Positions 1-12,339 of a stretch of DNA of 64,000 nt are shown here, one piece after another. The position numbers and the translations under genes are program-made. Source of the DNA: Macrostomum hystrix (Eukaryota > Animalia > Platyhelminthes). The notes under the pieces are model-generated. The model ran no database searches and had not been told where the DNA came from. It saw only the letters and a program-made list of their open reading frames with translations. The stretch is taken from contig CATNEN010000008.1 in NCBI GenBank assembly GCA_950097015.1, forward strand, positions 3,844,001 to 3,908,000. Reading direction: 5' to 3'. Within the stretch, counting starts at the first letter, position 1. Every line of letters starts with the position of its first letter.

Positions 1-1080
1 GAGCTGTTAGGGGATAACTGGTAGCCTAGGGGCTAGATAGTAGAGCTGTTAGGGGATAGCTAGTAGGGGCTAGATAGTAGAGCTGTTAGGGGATAACTGG
101 TAGTGGCTAGCATAGGCCTAGATAATAGAGTTAGGGGATAGCATAGTTGGTAGGGCTAGCTAGTAGGGGCTAGATGGTAGAGCTGTTAGGGGATAACTGG
201 TAGTGGCTAGCATAGGCCTAGATAATAGAGTTAGGGGATAGCATAGTTGGTAGGGCTAGCTAGTAGGGGCAGGCTGGTAGGGGCTAGATGGTAGAGCTGT
301 TAGGGGATAACTGGTAGTGGCTAGCATAGGCCTAGATAATAGAGTTAGGGGATAGCATAGTTGGTAGGGCTAGCTAGTAGGGGCAGGCTGGTAGGGGCTA
401 GATGGTAGAGCTGTTAGGTGATAGCTGGTAGGGCTAGTTAGTAGGGGATAGCTAATAGGGGCTAGCTGGTAGGGGCTAGATAGTAGAGCTGTTAGGGGAT
501 AGCTGGTAGGGCTAGCTAGTAGAGGCTAGATGGTAGAGCTGTTAGGGGCTAGCTGGTAGGGGCTGGAATAAATAAGAGAGTTAGGGGATAGCTGGTTGGG
601 GCTAGGTAGTAGAACTTTTAGGGGATAGCTGGTAGGGCTACTTAGTAGGGGATAGCTGGTAGGGGCTAGATAGTAGAGCTGTTAGGGGATAGCTGGTAGG
701 GGCTAGAAAAAAAATAATAGAGTTTGAGGCTAGCTGGTAGGGGCTAGAAAAGATAATAGAGCTGTTAGGGGATAGCTGGTAAGGCTAGCTAGTAGGGGCT
801 AGCTGATAGGGGCTGGTAGAGGCAAGCTAGTGGGGTTGGTTGGAGCTAGCTTGTAGGGCTGGCAGGGCAGGTTGGGGTTGGGGCTAGCTGGCAGGCTGGT
901 TGGGGCTAGATGGTAGGGCTTGTTGGGGCAGGCTGGTAGGTGCTAGCAGTATGTGCTGGCTAGTAGGGGCAAGCTGGTAGGGCTGGTAGCTCATAAGGGC
1001 TACTGATAAGGTTAGCTGGTAGGGTCTAGCAGGTAGAGCTTGCTGGCAGGGGCTTGCTCTAGCTGTCAGGGGCTAACTGA
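1..1080 (+). repeat. Left inverted terminal array (G-rich, GGGGCTAG/GCTGGTAG/TTAGGGGATA subunits)
   Basis: Complex tandem array of short related units; reverse complement of 12340-14040. Confidence 0.9.
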
Positions 1081-1307
1081 AATATGGCAAGAGATGCTAT
1101 GAACCTAAGTATGAACCTAACTATGAACCTATGAACCTAACCTAAGCTAGTGGGAACATAAATGGGTTTGGCAAGAACACGGGATGTGGCAGATCGCTGG
1201 AGTGAAAATAGTTTTGCGGAAATTTAGCATCTTTGTTTTTTTACGTCTAGATCTATTTGTGTATTTATAAATTCATTCGTTGTACTTTTACGCTTCTTTC
1301 AGCAAAT

Positions 1308-3738
1308 ATGCGCTGGCGAAAGGCATCGGCTTGGAACATTTTTGTTTCCAGGCGCTATAAGCTTATGTCAGGATCATTTGCTGGTTGGTATTTGCTTAAA
1401 TTTGTTTCAACTTTTTATGCAGTTATTTTGTAGACCGTTCTTGTGCACTGGCGCCCAAACTCAATTGCTCATGCTCTGTGTAAAGTATGAAGTCCGCTCG
1501 AGAGTAGTTTAGTGTGGTGCGAAGAATCGTAAGGCCCCAGCTGGCCAAGCTTGCGACTTTTTATTTTAGCAAACCGTGGGGTGGTGCAACTATCGATTGG
1601 CATATCGATGTTCATATCGCGTGCATTGGCCCAACCAATTATCTGCCTGCGATATGTACATCGATATGCCAATCGATAGTTGCACCACCCCACGGTTTGC
1701 TCAAATAAAAAGTCGCAAGCTTGGCCAGCTGGGGCCTTACGATTCTTCGCACCACACTAAACTACTCTCGAGCGGACTTCATACTTTACACTCTGCAAAC
1801 GTGCATCGCTGTTTATATATTAAGTATTGAAATACCAATAGTGTACGCTCGTACAAAATGCCACCCTGTGCCTAGACAAAATTTTAGGTAATCGGCAAAT
1901 GTAAATTTCGAAGCACCTGGAGGCCTTTACATTTCGCTCACATTTAAACACTTCCATTAAAAAAACAATTTTAGTTCGAATTCAAGCGCTCCGAAAGGCT
2001 TTCCGCGCCTTGAGCAAGACACAGCTAGCTGATCTACGTAGGGAAGTTGCTTTAAGGAATCTGCAGTGTACTGCCGAGAAAAGTTCCGCGCGAATTAAAG
2101 CATATGCCGAAAAATTAGTACGCAGCAGGCAAAATTTTGTCGGGTATTAGCTCTATACCTGTCACCTTAATCTCTGCCAAAGAGGTTATTTTTTCGTTTT
2201 TTTGTTGCAGATGCAAACTTGTGAGACTGCTAATGTTTCTGTGGCTATTTGCCTTGGCCTGCCGAGCGGTGACTTTCACGTCTTCGAAACGACGAATGTT
2301 TTTGGAAGCGTAAAAAAATCCGGCCTGCACAATGTAAGCAACAGGGTTAGCTCGGATCTTGATTATATTTTTGTTAAAACTTTATTATCACAAAATTCAA
2401 ATTCACTGCAATTTAATTCTGTCTATTGCACTCGTAGCTAATGTCTGAGGAGAGCAGCCACACTAGAAAACAGTCCGTCGCTGATCTCCGTCGGAAAGTT
2501 GGAAAGTTTTTGGTGCAAAAATTCTGTGAGTATATTTCTGTTAAGTAAACGGACCTTTTGACCAAATTAACGAACTTGTTTAAATATTTGGCAATCTTGT
2601 AGGCTTGCAATTCAATTCAGTAGATCCTTTAAGCGTCGTCTGGCATTCAATTTTTTTATTGCATTCAACGGTTTATTTTAGTTAGTTGCTCATGCTTACC
2701 GCTATTTTCGATTAAAGCGCTAGCTTCTCCAACTCCAAACTGTCCTGAAACAAATAGCCTTACATTAAGGATTAAGGATTAAGGATTATAATAACAATTG
2801 CTTCTGATACCACTGGCGTTTCTCTTCTAATCACCAATTTTTAGTTGCTGCTGGTGGCTCTGGTCGGTTGCAGTATAAGAAGTACTGCAAGAATTGGCTT
2901 CACTGGCCAGCTGGGGTGCCAGCAGACCAACCACCAAAAATGCTTAAGGCGGAACATCTAAACACATTGTGGGCTAATAGAGATACCATTTGCTTCTCTA
3001 TTAGCCCCATTGTCGAGGATTTATCGCGTATCTCAAACGGCCAGGTTGCTGCAGACCAGAGCATCGTCGGTCAGAGCATCGCTGGCCAGAGCATCGCCGG
3101 TCAGAGCATCGCTAGCCAGAGCATCGCTGGTCAGAGCATCGTCGGTCAGAGCATCGCTGGCCAGAGCATCGCTGGCCAGAGCATCGCTGGTCAGAGCATC
3201 GCTGGCCAGAGCATCGCCGGTCAGAGCATCGCTAGCCAGAGCATCGCTGGCCAGAGCATCGCCGGTCAGAGCATCGCTAGCCAGAGCATCGCTGGTCAGA
3301 GCATCGTCGGTCAGAGCATCGCTGGCCAGAGCATCGCTAGCCAGAGCATCGCTGGCCAGAGCATCGCTGGCCAGAGCATCGCTGGTCAGAGCATCGCTGG
3401 CCAGAGCATCGCCGGTCAGAGCATCGCTAGCCAGAGCATCGCTGGTCCAGAGCATCGCCGGTCAGAGCATCGCTAGCCAGAGCATCGCTGGTCAGAGCAT
3501 CGTCGGTCAGAGCATCGCTGGCCAGAGCATCGCCGGTCAGAGCATCGCTGGCCAGAGCATCGCCGGTCAGAGCATCGCTGGCCAGAGCATCGCCGGTCAG
3601 AGCATCGCTGACCAGAGCAGCGGCATTCGAATCATTCGAGTTATCAACGGGCAAGCCACCTGTGCCACCTCTGTGGCGAGTCAAATTGTTCGAGTCGTCG
3701 GAACCAACAATGCAGTCCGTGATCTGTTTCAGTTATGA
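1308..3738 (+). CDS. Putative spliced companion gene of the KDZ element (HMG-box-like N-terminus, GTF2I-repeat-like domain, QSIAG repeat tail)
   Basis: Model exons 1308-1383, 1975-2117, 2211-2333, 2438-2525 and 2845-3738 all join through GT-AG in frame: MRWRKASAWNIFVSRRYKLMSGSFAVRIQALRKAFRALSKTQLADLRREV...LRRKVGKFLVQKFFAAGGSGRLQYKKYCKNWLHWPAGVPADQPPKMLKAEHLNTLWANRDTICFSI. One extra base at ~3446 inside the 15-bp repeat shifts the frame. Confidence 0.6.
1478..1791. mobile_element. Foldback/MITE insertion, 143-bp arms, 28-bp spacer, 3-bp TCT target duplication
   Basis: 1478-1620 is the reverse complement of 1649-1791 with 2 mismatches; TCT lies immediately outside both ends. Confidence 0.85.
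3057..3617 (+). repeat. 15-bp minisatellite CAGAGCATCGCTGGY, ~37 copies (encodes QSIAG in the companion gene frame)
   Basis: Direct tandem repeat visible in the sequence. Confidence 0.97.
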
Positions 3739-6700
3739 CTTATGACTCATCAATTTTGCTCAAACCAAGCGGTAATCAGCCAGCCCGCTAAGACTGAGAG
3801 ATGTCCACCAGGTGATTGTTGAAGCCTCGACGGCCAGTTCCGGCAAACTTAAAACGGAACATTATGTGCAATCTCGAATTAGCTATGATGGAAACTTATC
3901 ACGGATAAAGCATATTGTATTAAATACAATCTCCAGCATACAAGCGCGCGAAAAAAATATTTTTTTCCTGTGTTGTGCATTTAACTGAATTAAAACATTT
4001 ATTTTGCTCAAATTTGCATTTTTCTTTGATGATGCAGATTGCTATGTCTCAATTGCTTAAACGGCTGCTAAAACCAGTGATACCGTTTATTTTACTTTTT
4101 ATCATAAATGAAAGTTTCACAGCTTTTTTAATACAAAGTTACGAGCGTAATTCTGTTCGATTAAATATTTTTTTGCCAAAAATGACTTAAAAAGCAACAA
4201 AGTGCATACGTAGCCTCGCGCCACTTCATTAAATACAATAAGTATTGTACGCATGTTTTGCGATTCTAGCACATTTGAAGGGTCGTAATTTTCAATATTA
4301 CGATCGTATTTATTACTTTGGTGCTTCATTTCGTCTCAAATGGCAAGGTGCATTCGGTCTGAACTTGCGATTGTATCTACCTTGATTGGGATTGCGATTG
4401 AGTTTGCCTCGGAGTCGGGTAAACGACTGCAGAATGAAGCTGGCAATTTCAAGCAATGATGCAATGATGCTCATGGAAAGCCAGAGTTCATGGCAATGGC
4501 CTAATTGAAACTCGCGGCTACTGTGTCTATGGCTGCATGAGTGTTGTGTCGTTGCTGTTGGATGCTGAAACTCATGGTCGCAAAAAAGGCGGCGTATCAA
4601 ACGACTCGGCAACGACGCCTTAGCGTAATCTTCTGAGCTTCTTAAGATTTTAGGCGCGCCATTACAGAGAGCGCCGGATCCAAGATGGCTGACAGGTCAA
4701 TGTCAGCGCCGCTGCCCTCTCTATCTCCTTGGCCCTCGGGAGCGTGCTCAGCGCTGGATTTGACACGAAACAGATGGATTAGTCTGCTGTCTGCTAACGG
4801 GGTGATATTTTTTACCCCTTCCTATGAAAGGTGTTTACGGACCCGGAGGGGTCTAATTGCTAGCTTAATTTACTAAAGCCAAAATATGCAAAACAGGGGA
4901 GGGAAATAGGAGAGGGCGAGTCGAGTGAGAGGTGCGAATCGCAGGTCAGACGGGCGGTAGGCGCAGCCAGGAAAGGAGAGGCGATTCAGCGGGGAATTAT
5001 AGGTGGCTTGACCCTGGGTCAGTTCGGGTCGAAAAAAGTAGACACTGACCCACGCCCAGACCACACGTACGCATCATGACAAAGAATCATTTGCGTACGC
5101 CCGCACGTGTGATGTGCCGGCTGACGAGACAGTGAAATTCAGTATTTAGTACATTCAGTATATATTCTCGAACGACCGTGTCTGACAGGACACGTGCATT
5201 GTACTGAACTGCTCCTAATCGATCTACTCCACCTCTGATGTATGGTACCTGTTGGTGTGCCTGAGTGGCCAAGATCCCAGGGACCAGGGTTGTGAGAGGT
5301 AAGAACTGCTAGGCAGGGCTGCCACCAGCCACCTACAGGACACTACAATTGACTGGCCCTACCGAAACGCGGCTGTCGCTCTGTTCAGAGAAGTACTTTA
5401 GGTAGTATGGCCGAAGATAGTAGGGATTCTCAGGGAATAGATTGGTCAGCAAGAGAGGACTTTTGCATAGGGGATTCTTAGGGATGCAGCACTAGACATG
5501 CAGTGGGCACTACCCAAGGTAGAGTGTGTCCGATGGGAAACAGTCAGCGCACTTCTTATCCATTAATGGTGTGCTTCAATGCATGCGTTCTCGTGCATGT
5601 GCAGTCCCTAACTATTCCTATAATAGTATACGTTAGGATTACATTGGGCGCTTGGATGAAGGGTCTATGACTTTGCTAGCAGGAAAATGCTAGCCGAATT
5701 TTGCTAGCAGGAATATTGGCTAGTGAGGTTTTTGCTAGCCAAACTTTGCTGGCAGAGATTTTGTTCGCGGATTTTTACGTGATGATCACAGAATGCAGGC
5801 ATGCGTAAGCGTATATTTGGCGCGAAACCTCTGAATAAGTCGTACATGCACAGTGAGCATGCAGTGGAACGTTTACATGTACTCCATATCATCTTAACAA
5901 AAACGTGTATTGCCTTGCGTTGTCTTTATGAACGTACACATTTACGTTTATCGTCAAATACGCAAAGAATTCAGACATTTCGGTTTTTTAGAGTTGCAGC
6001 CACTGTTGCCGTGTCACAGTGTACGCGCGATCGCGTGTCCAGTAATGTATCCATAAAGTAGTGTTTCTGCACTTTGCACCCCTAGCTTCTCTCTCTGCGC
6101 ATGTTAGCTTAATTGTCTCGTTACGATTGACTAAGCTAATGGAACTGACACTTTTTATGGTGTTGAACGATCTTAAAATTCGAAATTTCATAATTAATTA
6201 GCCTGCATCCTAGCTCGGAAAATTTATGATTTTCCCACATAAGTTTGAACAGACTTGCAGGTATGGAGATGTCGAAATGACAGACAGAGTAATTAAAAAA
6301 TTAGCACGATCAACTTCACTTGGAGACTAGCATAACGTTAGCTGCAGAGTTGGTATTTGTAATTGTAATTTCTATCAAGTGGACAATACGATTCAGATAG
6401 TAGTGGGAAAAAAAGAAAGTGGGACCCGCGGCTACTTGATGAGACTGTTGCCAAGCGATTAAAACCTTGTTTAAAAAAGAGCAGCTAATTGCTGGAAGCA
6501 TGGCTTACAGGGTGACTGCGCTCTTAACATTTTTTCTTCCTCATTTATAAAAACATCCGATATTTCTTAACTTTCCTCTGATTTTCCAGACCCGAATCTT
6601 TGTACTCGTATATTTCTTGATACATGGATTAGATCATGTATTGCAGATAAAGTTTTACGTTTCACTAGTTTCACTATACACGCAACTTGAGCAAGTGAAT

Positions 6701-7493
6701 ATTATTGTACTGAGTGGTTGATTTTAATCATTCCTAACTTTCATATTTTCTATATTTCATCGCACAAATAAATAAACTCACTATAATCGTATAGTGAGTT
6801 ATATGAGTTATATATATATATACTTGTTATATATTTTGTCCCTTTCTTAAGAACAGAAAATCAGCGACTCTTTTTGAGTGCGCTAATACTGCTGCTAATT
6901 AAAACCGTGTATTGGTATTAGTTGCTTCTTGCAGCAGGACAATTAATACCATGTACTTCGTGACGTTTGTCGTTAACATTTCAGAAACTTGCAGCTTTTA
7001 AATGATTGTCATAGACTGTCTCGAAGATTATACGAGATTATGCTGCTCGTACTGCGCAAATGCAAAATTAAAAAAGCGGTAGCCAGCTCTCCTCACTCGA
7101 CATAGATACATGCATGCGTAGAAAGCACACAAGCGATTAGTTATCCTCTTTTGATAATAGAAGACATAATACGGAAGACATTAAATCTCGGCTTGATGTT
7201 AATTTTAAATATTAATGTAAAACATTAAATAATTTCGCTTTCAGCGTATAAACTAGAATTTTTTCTTGGCAGCTCTGTTCAATAATTTTTATAATAGGTT
7301 AGCTTTTACAGGATGTTGAGTTTATTTAAAAATAAAATGTATTTATAATAACATAATGCCTTCAATCGAGTGGGAAAACAAAAAACTGGGTGTAGCAGAG
7401 TTTTAAAATGTTATACGTTCAAGACCGGGCTAAAGGATCAGAAGCTTAACAAAGTTTTAAAAAATAATATCTGATTTCAGAATATCATGATTC

Positions 7494-10400
7494 TTAATCA
7501 TCCTCGGCATCAGAGGTCTCGGTATCTTCTTCATCATCGGAAGACTCGGTAATCTCAGCTTCTTGGTCGATCAGATCCACCTCATCGGGTGGCACTGCTC
7601 CAGCGTTACCTAAGTGTTAAGAATTCGCTATATATATTCTGTGATCTTAAAAGTAACCTAAATTATAAAACCGAAACTATACCACAAAGCTTACAGGCCG
7701 CTGAGAGAAATCGAGAGAAGATATCTTCCGACGGGAAAATACTGATATGCTGTTTTAAAAGTTGTTCAATTCCATTGGCCCTGAGAACTCTTAAAGTCAG
7801 CAGGGGACGATGAGCATTGATCTCAACTTCTGATCTCGTGCGCAGGAGTGCATCAACAAAAAAGCGAGATGCCCGCCGAACCTCCTCTTGAACCAAAGAA
7901 GATTCCTCTTCGATTCTTCTTTGAAGCTGCAGCAACTTAACTGCTTGACGTTTCCTTGCGATATCCACCATTGAAGTGTCACCATTATCAGTTGCCAGAA
8001 TGCTGTTGAAATTCAAAGTACAGCCTGGCGGACAACTTGCGTTGTACCGTTCAAGAAGTACATTAGCCCTTGCAGATATTTTGCTGAGTCGTTTGTTAAG
8101 GACTCGATTGAGCTTTTGACAACTTTCTCTAGCTGCCCGACAAATTAAAAATTCTCGCTCGCAAGCCAACTCTTGAAGTTCGAGAATCGTCTGGTCTGTG
8201 TGGTCCGTCCTGGCATTCTCCTTAACAGATTGCTCGATAAGTTCATTTTCCCAGACTTTGGCCAACGCTAGGAAGGTTTCAACGTCACCTAAAAATTAAA
8301 TAACAGGGATTAATTTTGTCAGATTAATAACGTATTCTAATTAGTAAAGTGCGGTCAGAAAGCCCGAGGCTTTTAAGTCATATTCCAAGGTTGTGCTTTG
8401 ATTAAATTGCGCCTTTGCTTTAATTATGAACTTCAATTACGCAAATTTATATCTAATTGGTTTTAAAATTTTTTATTATTACATAAAAACGTATACTAAT
8501 AACCCACAGTTCATTTCGGTCAAAACGCAAAACTGTCGAACATCAGAATTGAAACGCTGCCAAGCTCGCTTCTCAACAAGCCGTCGTCCAAACAACCAGG
8601 AGCCTAAGTAATTTTAAAGTAAACATCTTGCTTCGGAAAATATAAAGTTCACTTCCTTGCAATAAAAAACTGTAAGTAAATGACTCACTAATAGTTCGAA
8701 TTTTCTCGAAGTTGACCGAATCCGCCCAGTAGTTCAGGAACTCGCGGCGATTTGGATGAGTCATTTCTTTCAATTGCGGACCAAAGCGTCTAGCAGAAGA
8801 CCATATGCGCTCACAGCTCTCACCGTCAGTCAAACCTGCGCCATTTACGGATCGAATTCCGAATTTCGTATGGCAGCTTTCCTTGTGACCGTATGCATGG
8901 AAAGCCGGAATGGCGAAGGACAGCCTGTCATCATTGAAATGACTGGCCAGCTTGCAGCTGATGTCGTACGACACGACCAATTTCTGATGGCTCGGAATGT
9001 CTGCCAACGCTTTCGATACCATTGCTTGGGAATACGCGAGCCTAAATTGAGGCAGGTTTTCAACTACATTGTAATTAGTTTTTAATGAGTTAAAATTAAC
9101 TAAGTATTATTTTTAAGAAGGGGTTGTAGACTAGTGGTTAGAGCGTCGGACTCACGACTTGAAGGTCGGGGGTTCGATTCCCGACTCCACCGGTACAAGT
9201 TGTTTCCTTTAGCAAGCCATTTAATTCTGCCCTGCTTCAGTTCATCCAGCTGTAAAATCGGTACCAGCATTAGCTGGGGTAATTGAAGGTGGGTGTGGTG
9301 GTCCTTAATTCCGTGGACTAAACAGCCCTACGCAGCCTTCAGATGCGGCTGCGCTGTTAGCTGCACATCTGGCCCAGTTTGTGCAGGCATTATTAACTAT
9401 GTATTCTTATTTTAATTAATACTAACATATTAATTATTATTTTTTCTGAAGAGAAAAAAACGAAAAGAAAGGAAGAAAAAGAAGAAATAAAAGATGAAAT
9501 CAGAAAGGAGGACTGTACAAGATATTCGTGCATACCGGGCAAGATATTCGGATTATTAATTTTGAGTATACAGTCGCCAGGCTACAAGTTTAGACCTTAA
9601 AATTATAGAGTTAGGCAGGGCGCAAAAGCTTAGTAATGATACATAACGAATGAGCTTAAATACGTTCGTAGCTGCAACATGTATAAAAGGTACACAGATT
9701 TCTCTGTGGCAAGGCGCACCTTTCTCCTGGTGTAACGATGTCGGCCAGATATGTTACGCTAGAATGGCGGCAGGAGCCACAGAAAAGGCCAAAAACATCG
9801 AGTTTGTTTTTGTCGGATGCAGTAACGAGCCCTTTGCCCCGACCACCGGCTGTCCAATTAGGGCAGTGATTTCGGTTTTGCCCAGCTGGTCTGCTGAAAT
9901 CGACATCGACGAAAAAACCGGACGCAAGCGGAATCGCCGCTTTTCCAGCACGTTTTCGATGTCTTATGCCGAAGCAGCCGTCCAGCATAAGAAAAGTCGG
10001 TGTCGAGACTTGAGTTTCGGGCATCAGCGTGTTATCATCGGGATTGGGTCCTTGCGAGCTTTCACTTCGAGTGCTCGGAGTGGGATCCTAATCATTAAAG
10101 GAATCAAAATAACTTATTTACGCTTGAAAGCCGATGTACGAACACTTGCTTTGAGCTTAAGATGGCAGAAATAGTTTCACGTCACTGACGAAATGCATTA
10201 CCAACTTACAAAAAAACATGCTGGACACGATGTCTTCTGTCCCCACCGAATGTCTTGCAAAAGTCGCCGAAATGCTCGAAAGCTTCCAGTGGTGTTCAAT
10301 GTACGAAAAAGATTGATCTGCGCAATCGTTACAGCAAAAATGGAATAAAGACGGCTAATTTTTGTACAGAAGGAAGTTTCAGTTTTATTTACGATAGCTA

Positions 10401-12147
10401 GATCTGCTCGAGCCTTCAGTTACCTTCGTTGGCGGAGATAGCCAAGCGGAGCTTCTGCAATTTTTCCATGCAGCACAGAGTGATGATAACGATGCTGTAC
10501 AACTTGATGATACGCAATCGAAGAACAGCAACAAGTTGATGTGGACAGCGATAACCTCCTTGACAGTTTCGGTCAGAGGTTGCGTCGGCCAGAAGCCATG
10601 CGACAGTAGCGTGTTCCGCAATGTTAAGCACGAGCAAGACTCCACTTGCAGGGTCAATTGACCTACAATGTTGGCAAGGGCATCAATATTTAGACAGAAG
10701 TCTTAAGAATAGCGTTAACAAATACTTAAAAATGGCCTAATTGTCTATCTGACATCAACTGTCACTTTACCTTCATCTGTTAATGCAGTCACAACTTGCG
10801 TGCTGATATCATCGCAGACACAAGTGGTTCTTCGAACCAAAAGTATTGGCGTCGAGACCACCATGTAAGTTGTACCCTGAAAAGAACATGAAGAAATCGA
10901 AATAAAGGATGGGTCGCATTATTAAGCTTGAAGTGCAAGTTTGATCTTAATTGCAATCTCGGCTCTGTAAAATGCAATCCTTAAGTTTGACTTAGGGATA
11001 CGCTAGCTTTATATAACGTGCCGAGAAATCAGTAACGTGACATTATGAAAACGCTAAATATAAAAAACAGCAAAACAGCACAGAACTTACATCCCATATC
11101 TTCACAACATGGGGTGGACTGTGTGAGTGAGCGATATTGAGACAGTGCTCACACACTTGTAGTAGGTGACAGCTCTCGCACCTAAACTCTCCAACCAAAG
11201 CTTTACAAAGCGAGCACAGGTTATTTACTTCATTTCGAAAAAACGAGGCAAATCCATCTGCCAGCTCTGTGGCTAGACTTTTCCAGCCGTCCTCCTCAAG
11301 CTCACGCCGAGTGTCATATCGACTTGGCCCACCATCGGCCTCTTCTGCAGGTGGCTCATAGTCATCATGATCCACATTTTCATCGATGTAGTCACTGCCA
11401 ACAGCCGCAACAGTGACGCCAGTAACAGTCAGAAAACTAAAATTGCGTCGAAGAAGCTTAATAAACAAAAAACTTTACACATTGCAAAGGTTCTTGCTGA
11501 GAAAAAATCGCATGCAAAGATTTCAGATCAAGGCTGACAAGTTTCGTTTTTGTTCTGCAAAAGAAACAAGCCTTAAAACGCTATCCGATTTTTGGGCTAT
11601 CTATACAGTACAAGCCTATACTGCATTTGCCAAGTTTACAGCAAATTAGCAAGACTAAAACTAAACTAAGCTATTAAAAATTACCACAAATTCCATATAA
11701 AAAGTGTTTATATGAATATCTGGGGAATCTCAAAAACTTCTAAGAATTCTTCTGGTTCAAAATCGTCGCCTTCCTCGATAGCACTAGGCGTGGGTGCATT
11801 TATTGACTTCATGTCAATATCGCTAAAATTGTGGAGGAATTAAATTACTTTATTCAATTGAATTCTAAACAATACATTATTTTAGTCAAGAGTAGTAAGA
11901 TGAGCACAACAGATAAATTCATTTAAAAATTACTCATTCGACTAAATCCTGTGTTTTGATAAACTAAATATTTGATAACGAAATAAAAGAGTTTACATCT
12001 CTTCGAGATGAAAAATGTAAAAACACGAAATTTCTAAGACTCAAAACAAACCTTTTTAGGATGTTCGATTTTTTCACGAACTTTTCTTCGCTTTGGCGCA
12101 TGAAATATGACTTCCTTACTGGTACTGACTAGATATTTTTTTGACAT
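7494..12147 (-). CDS. KDZ transposase with CxC cysteine clusters, about 11 exons
   Basis: Exons join in frame by GT-AG from ~11410 to the stop at 7494. Motifs: B-box-like CSLC..RCESC..VCEHC..H..PPH..IW; CSC..LLSHGFWPTQP; CPAC; LDGCF; GLFCGSCRH..PGER; YDISC..AIPAFHAYGH..C; GAGLTDGESCERIWS (catalytic D-D-E); acidic C-tail. Candidate first exon 12052-12147 has the NLS-like PKRRKV. The N-terminal junctions (11700-12050) are not resolved. Confidence 0.88.
9118..9395 (+). mobile_element. tRNA-derived SINE (family 1, CORE-like central domain) in a transposase intron
   Basis: Pol III A-box (TAGACTAGTGG) and B-box (GGTTCGATTCC), then CCTTTAGCAAG..TTAA..CTTCAGTTCATCCAGCTGTAAAAT, which resembles the CORE-SINE domain. 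A second copy lies at 37800-38070 (-). Confidence 0.8.
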
Positions 12148-12339
12148 TGCAATTAATCTGAAAAGCAGTGTAAAGTGATGTAAATAAACGTTCAAATAGA
12201 CAATCAATAGACAATCAATATTACTATCGAAATCATTTTATAGTATTTAATAATTAGTAAGTAATAGTAATTGGTAATGTAAGGAACTAAATTACTCCTG
12301 CCTCCACATTCCCGTATCCCATATCCAGCCAGAAACAGC

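Noticed and set aside
1-1080. Telomere or subtelomeric repeat
   Set aside because: TTAGGG occurs only as part of longer units, orientation is inward, and an inverted partner exists 12 kb away.
1435-1823. Exon disrupted by the foldback MITE
   Set aside because: Removing the MITE leaves an open stretch, but splicing 1383 directly to 1975 gives a better HMG-like protein and the downstream junctions of the alternative do not work.
9118-9195. tRNA gene
   Set aside because: A and B boxes are present, but the acceptor stem does not pair, the anticodon differs between copies (CAC vs CGC), and it continues into a SINE body.
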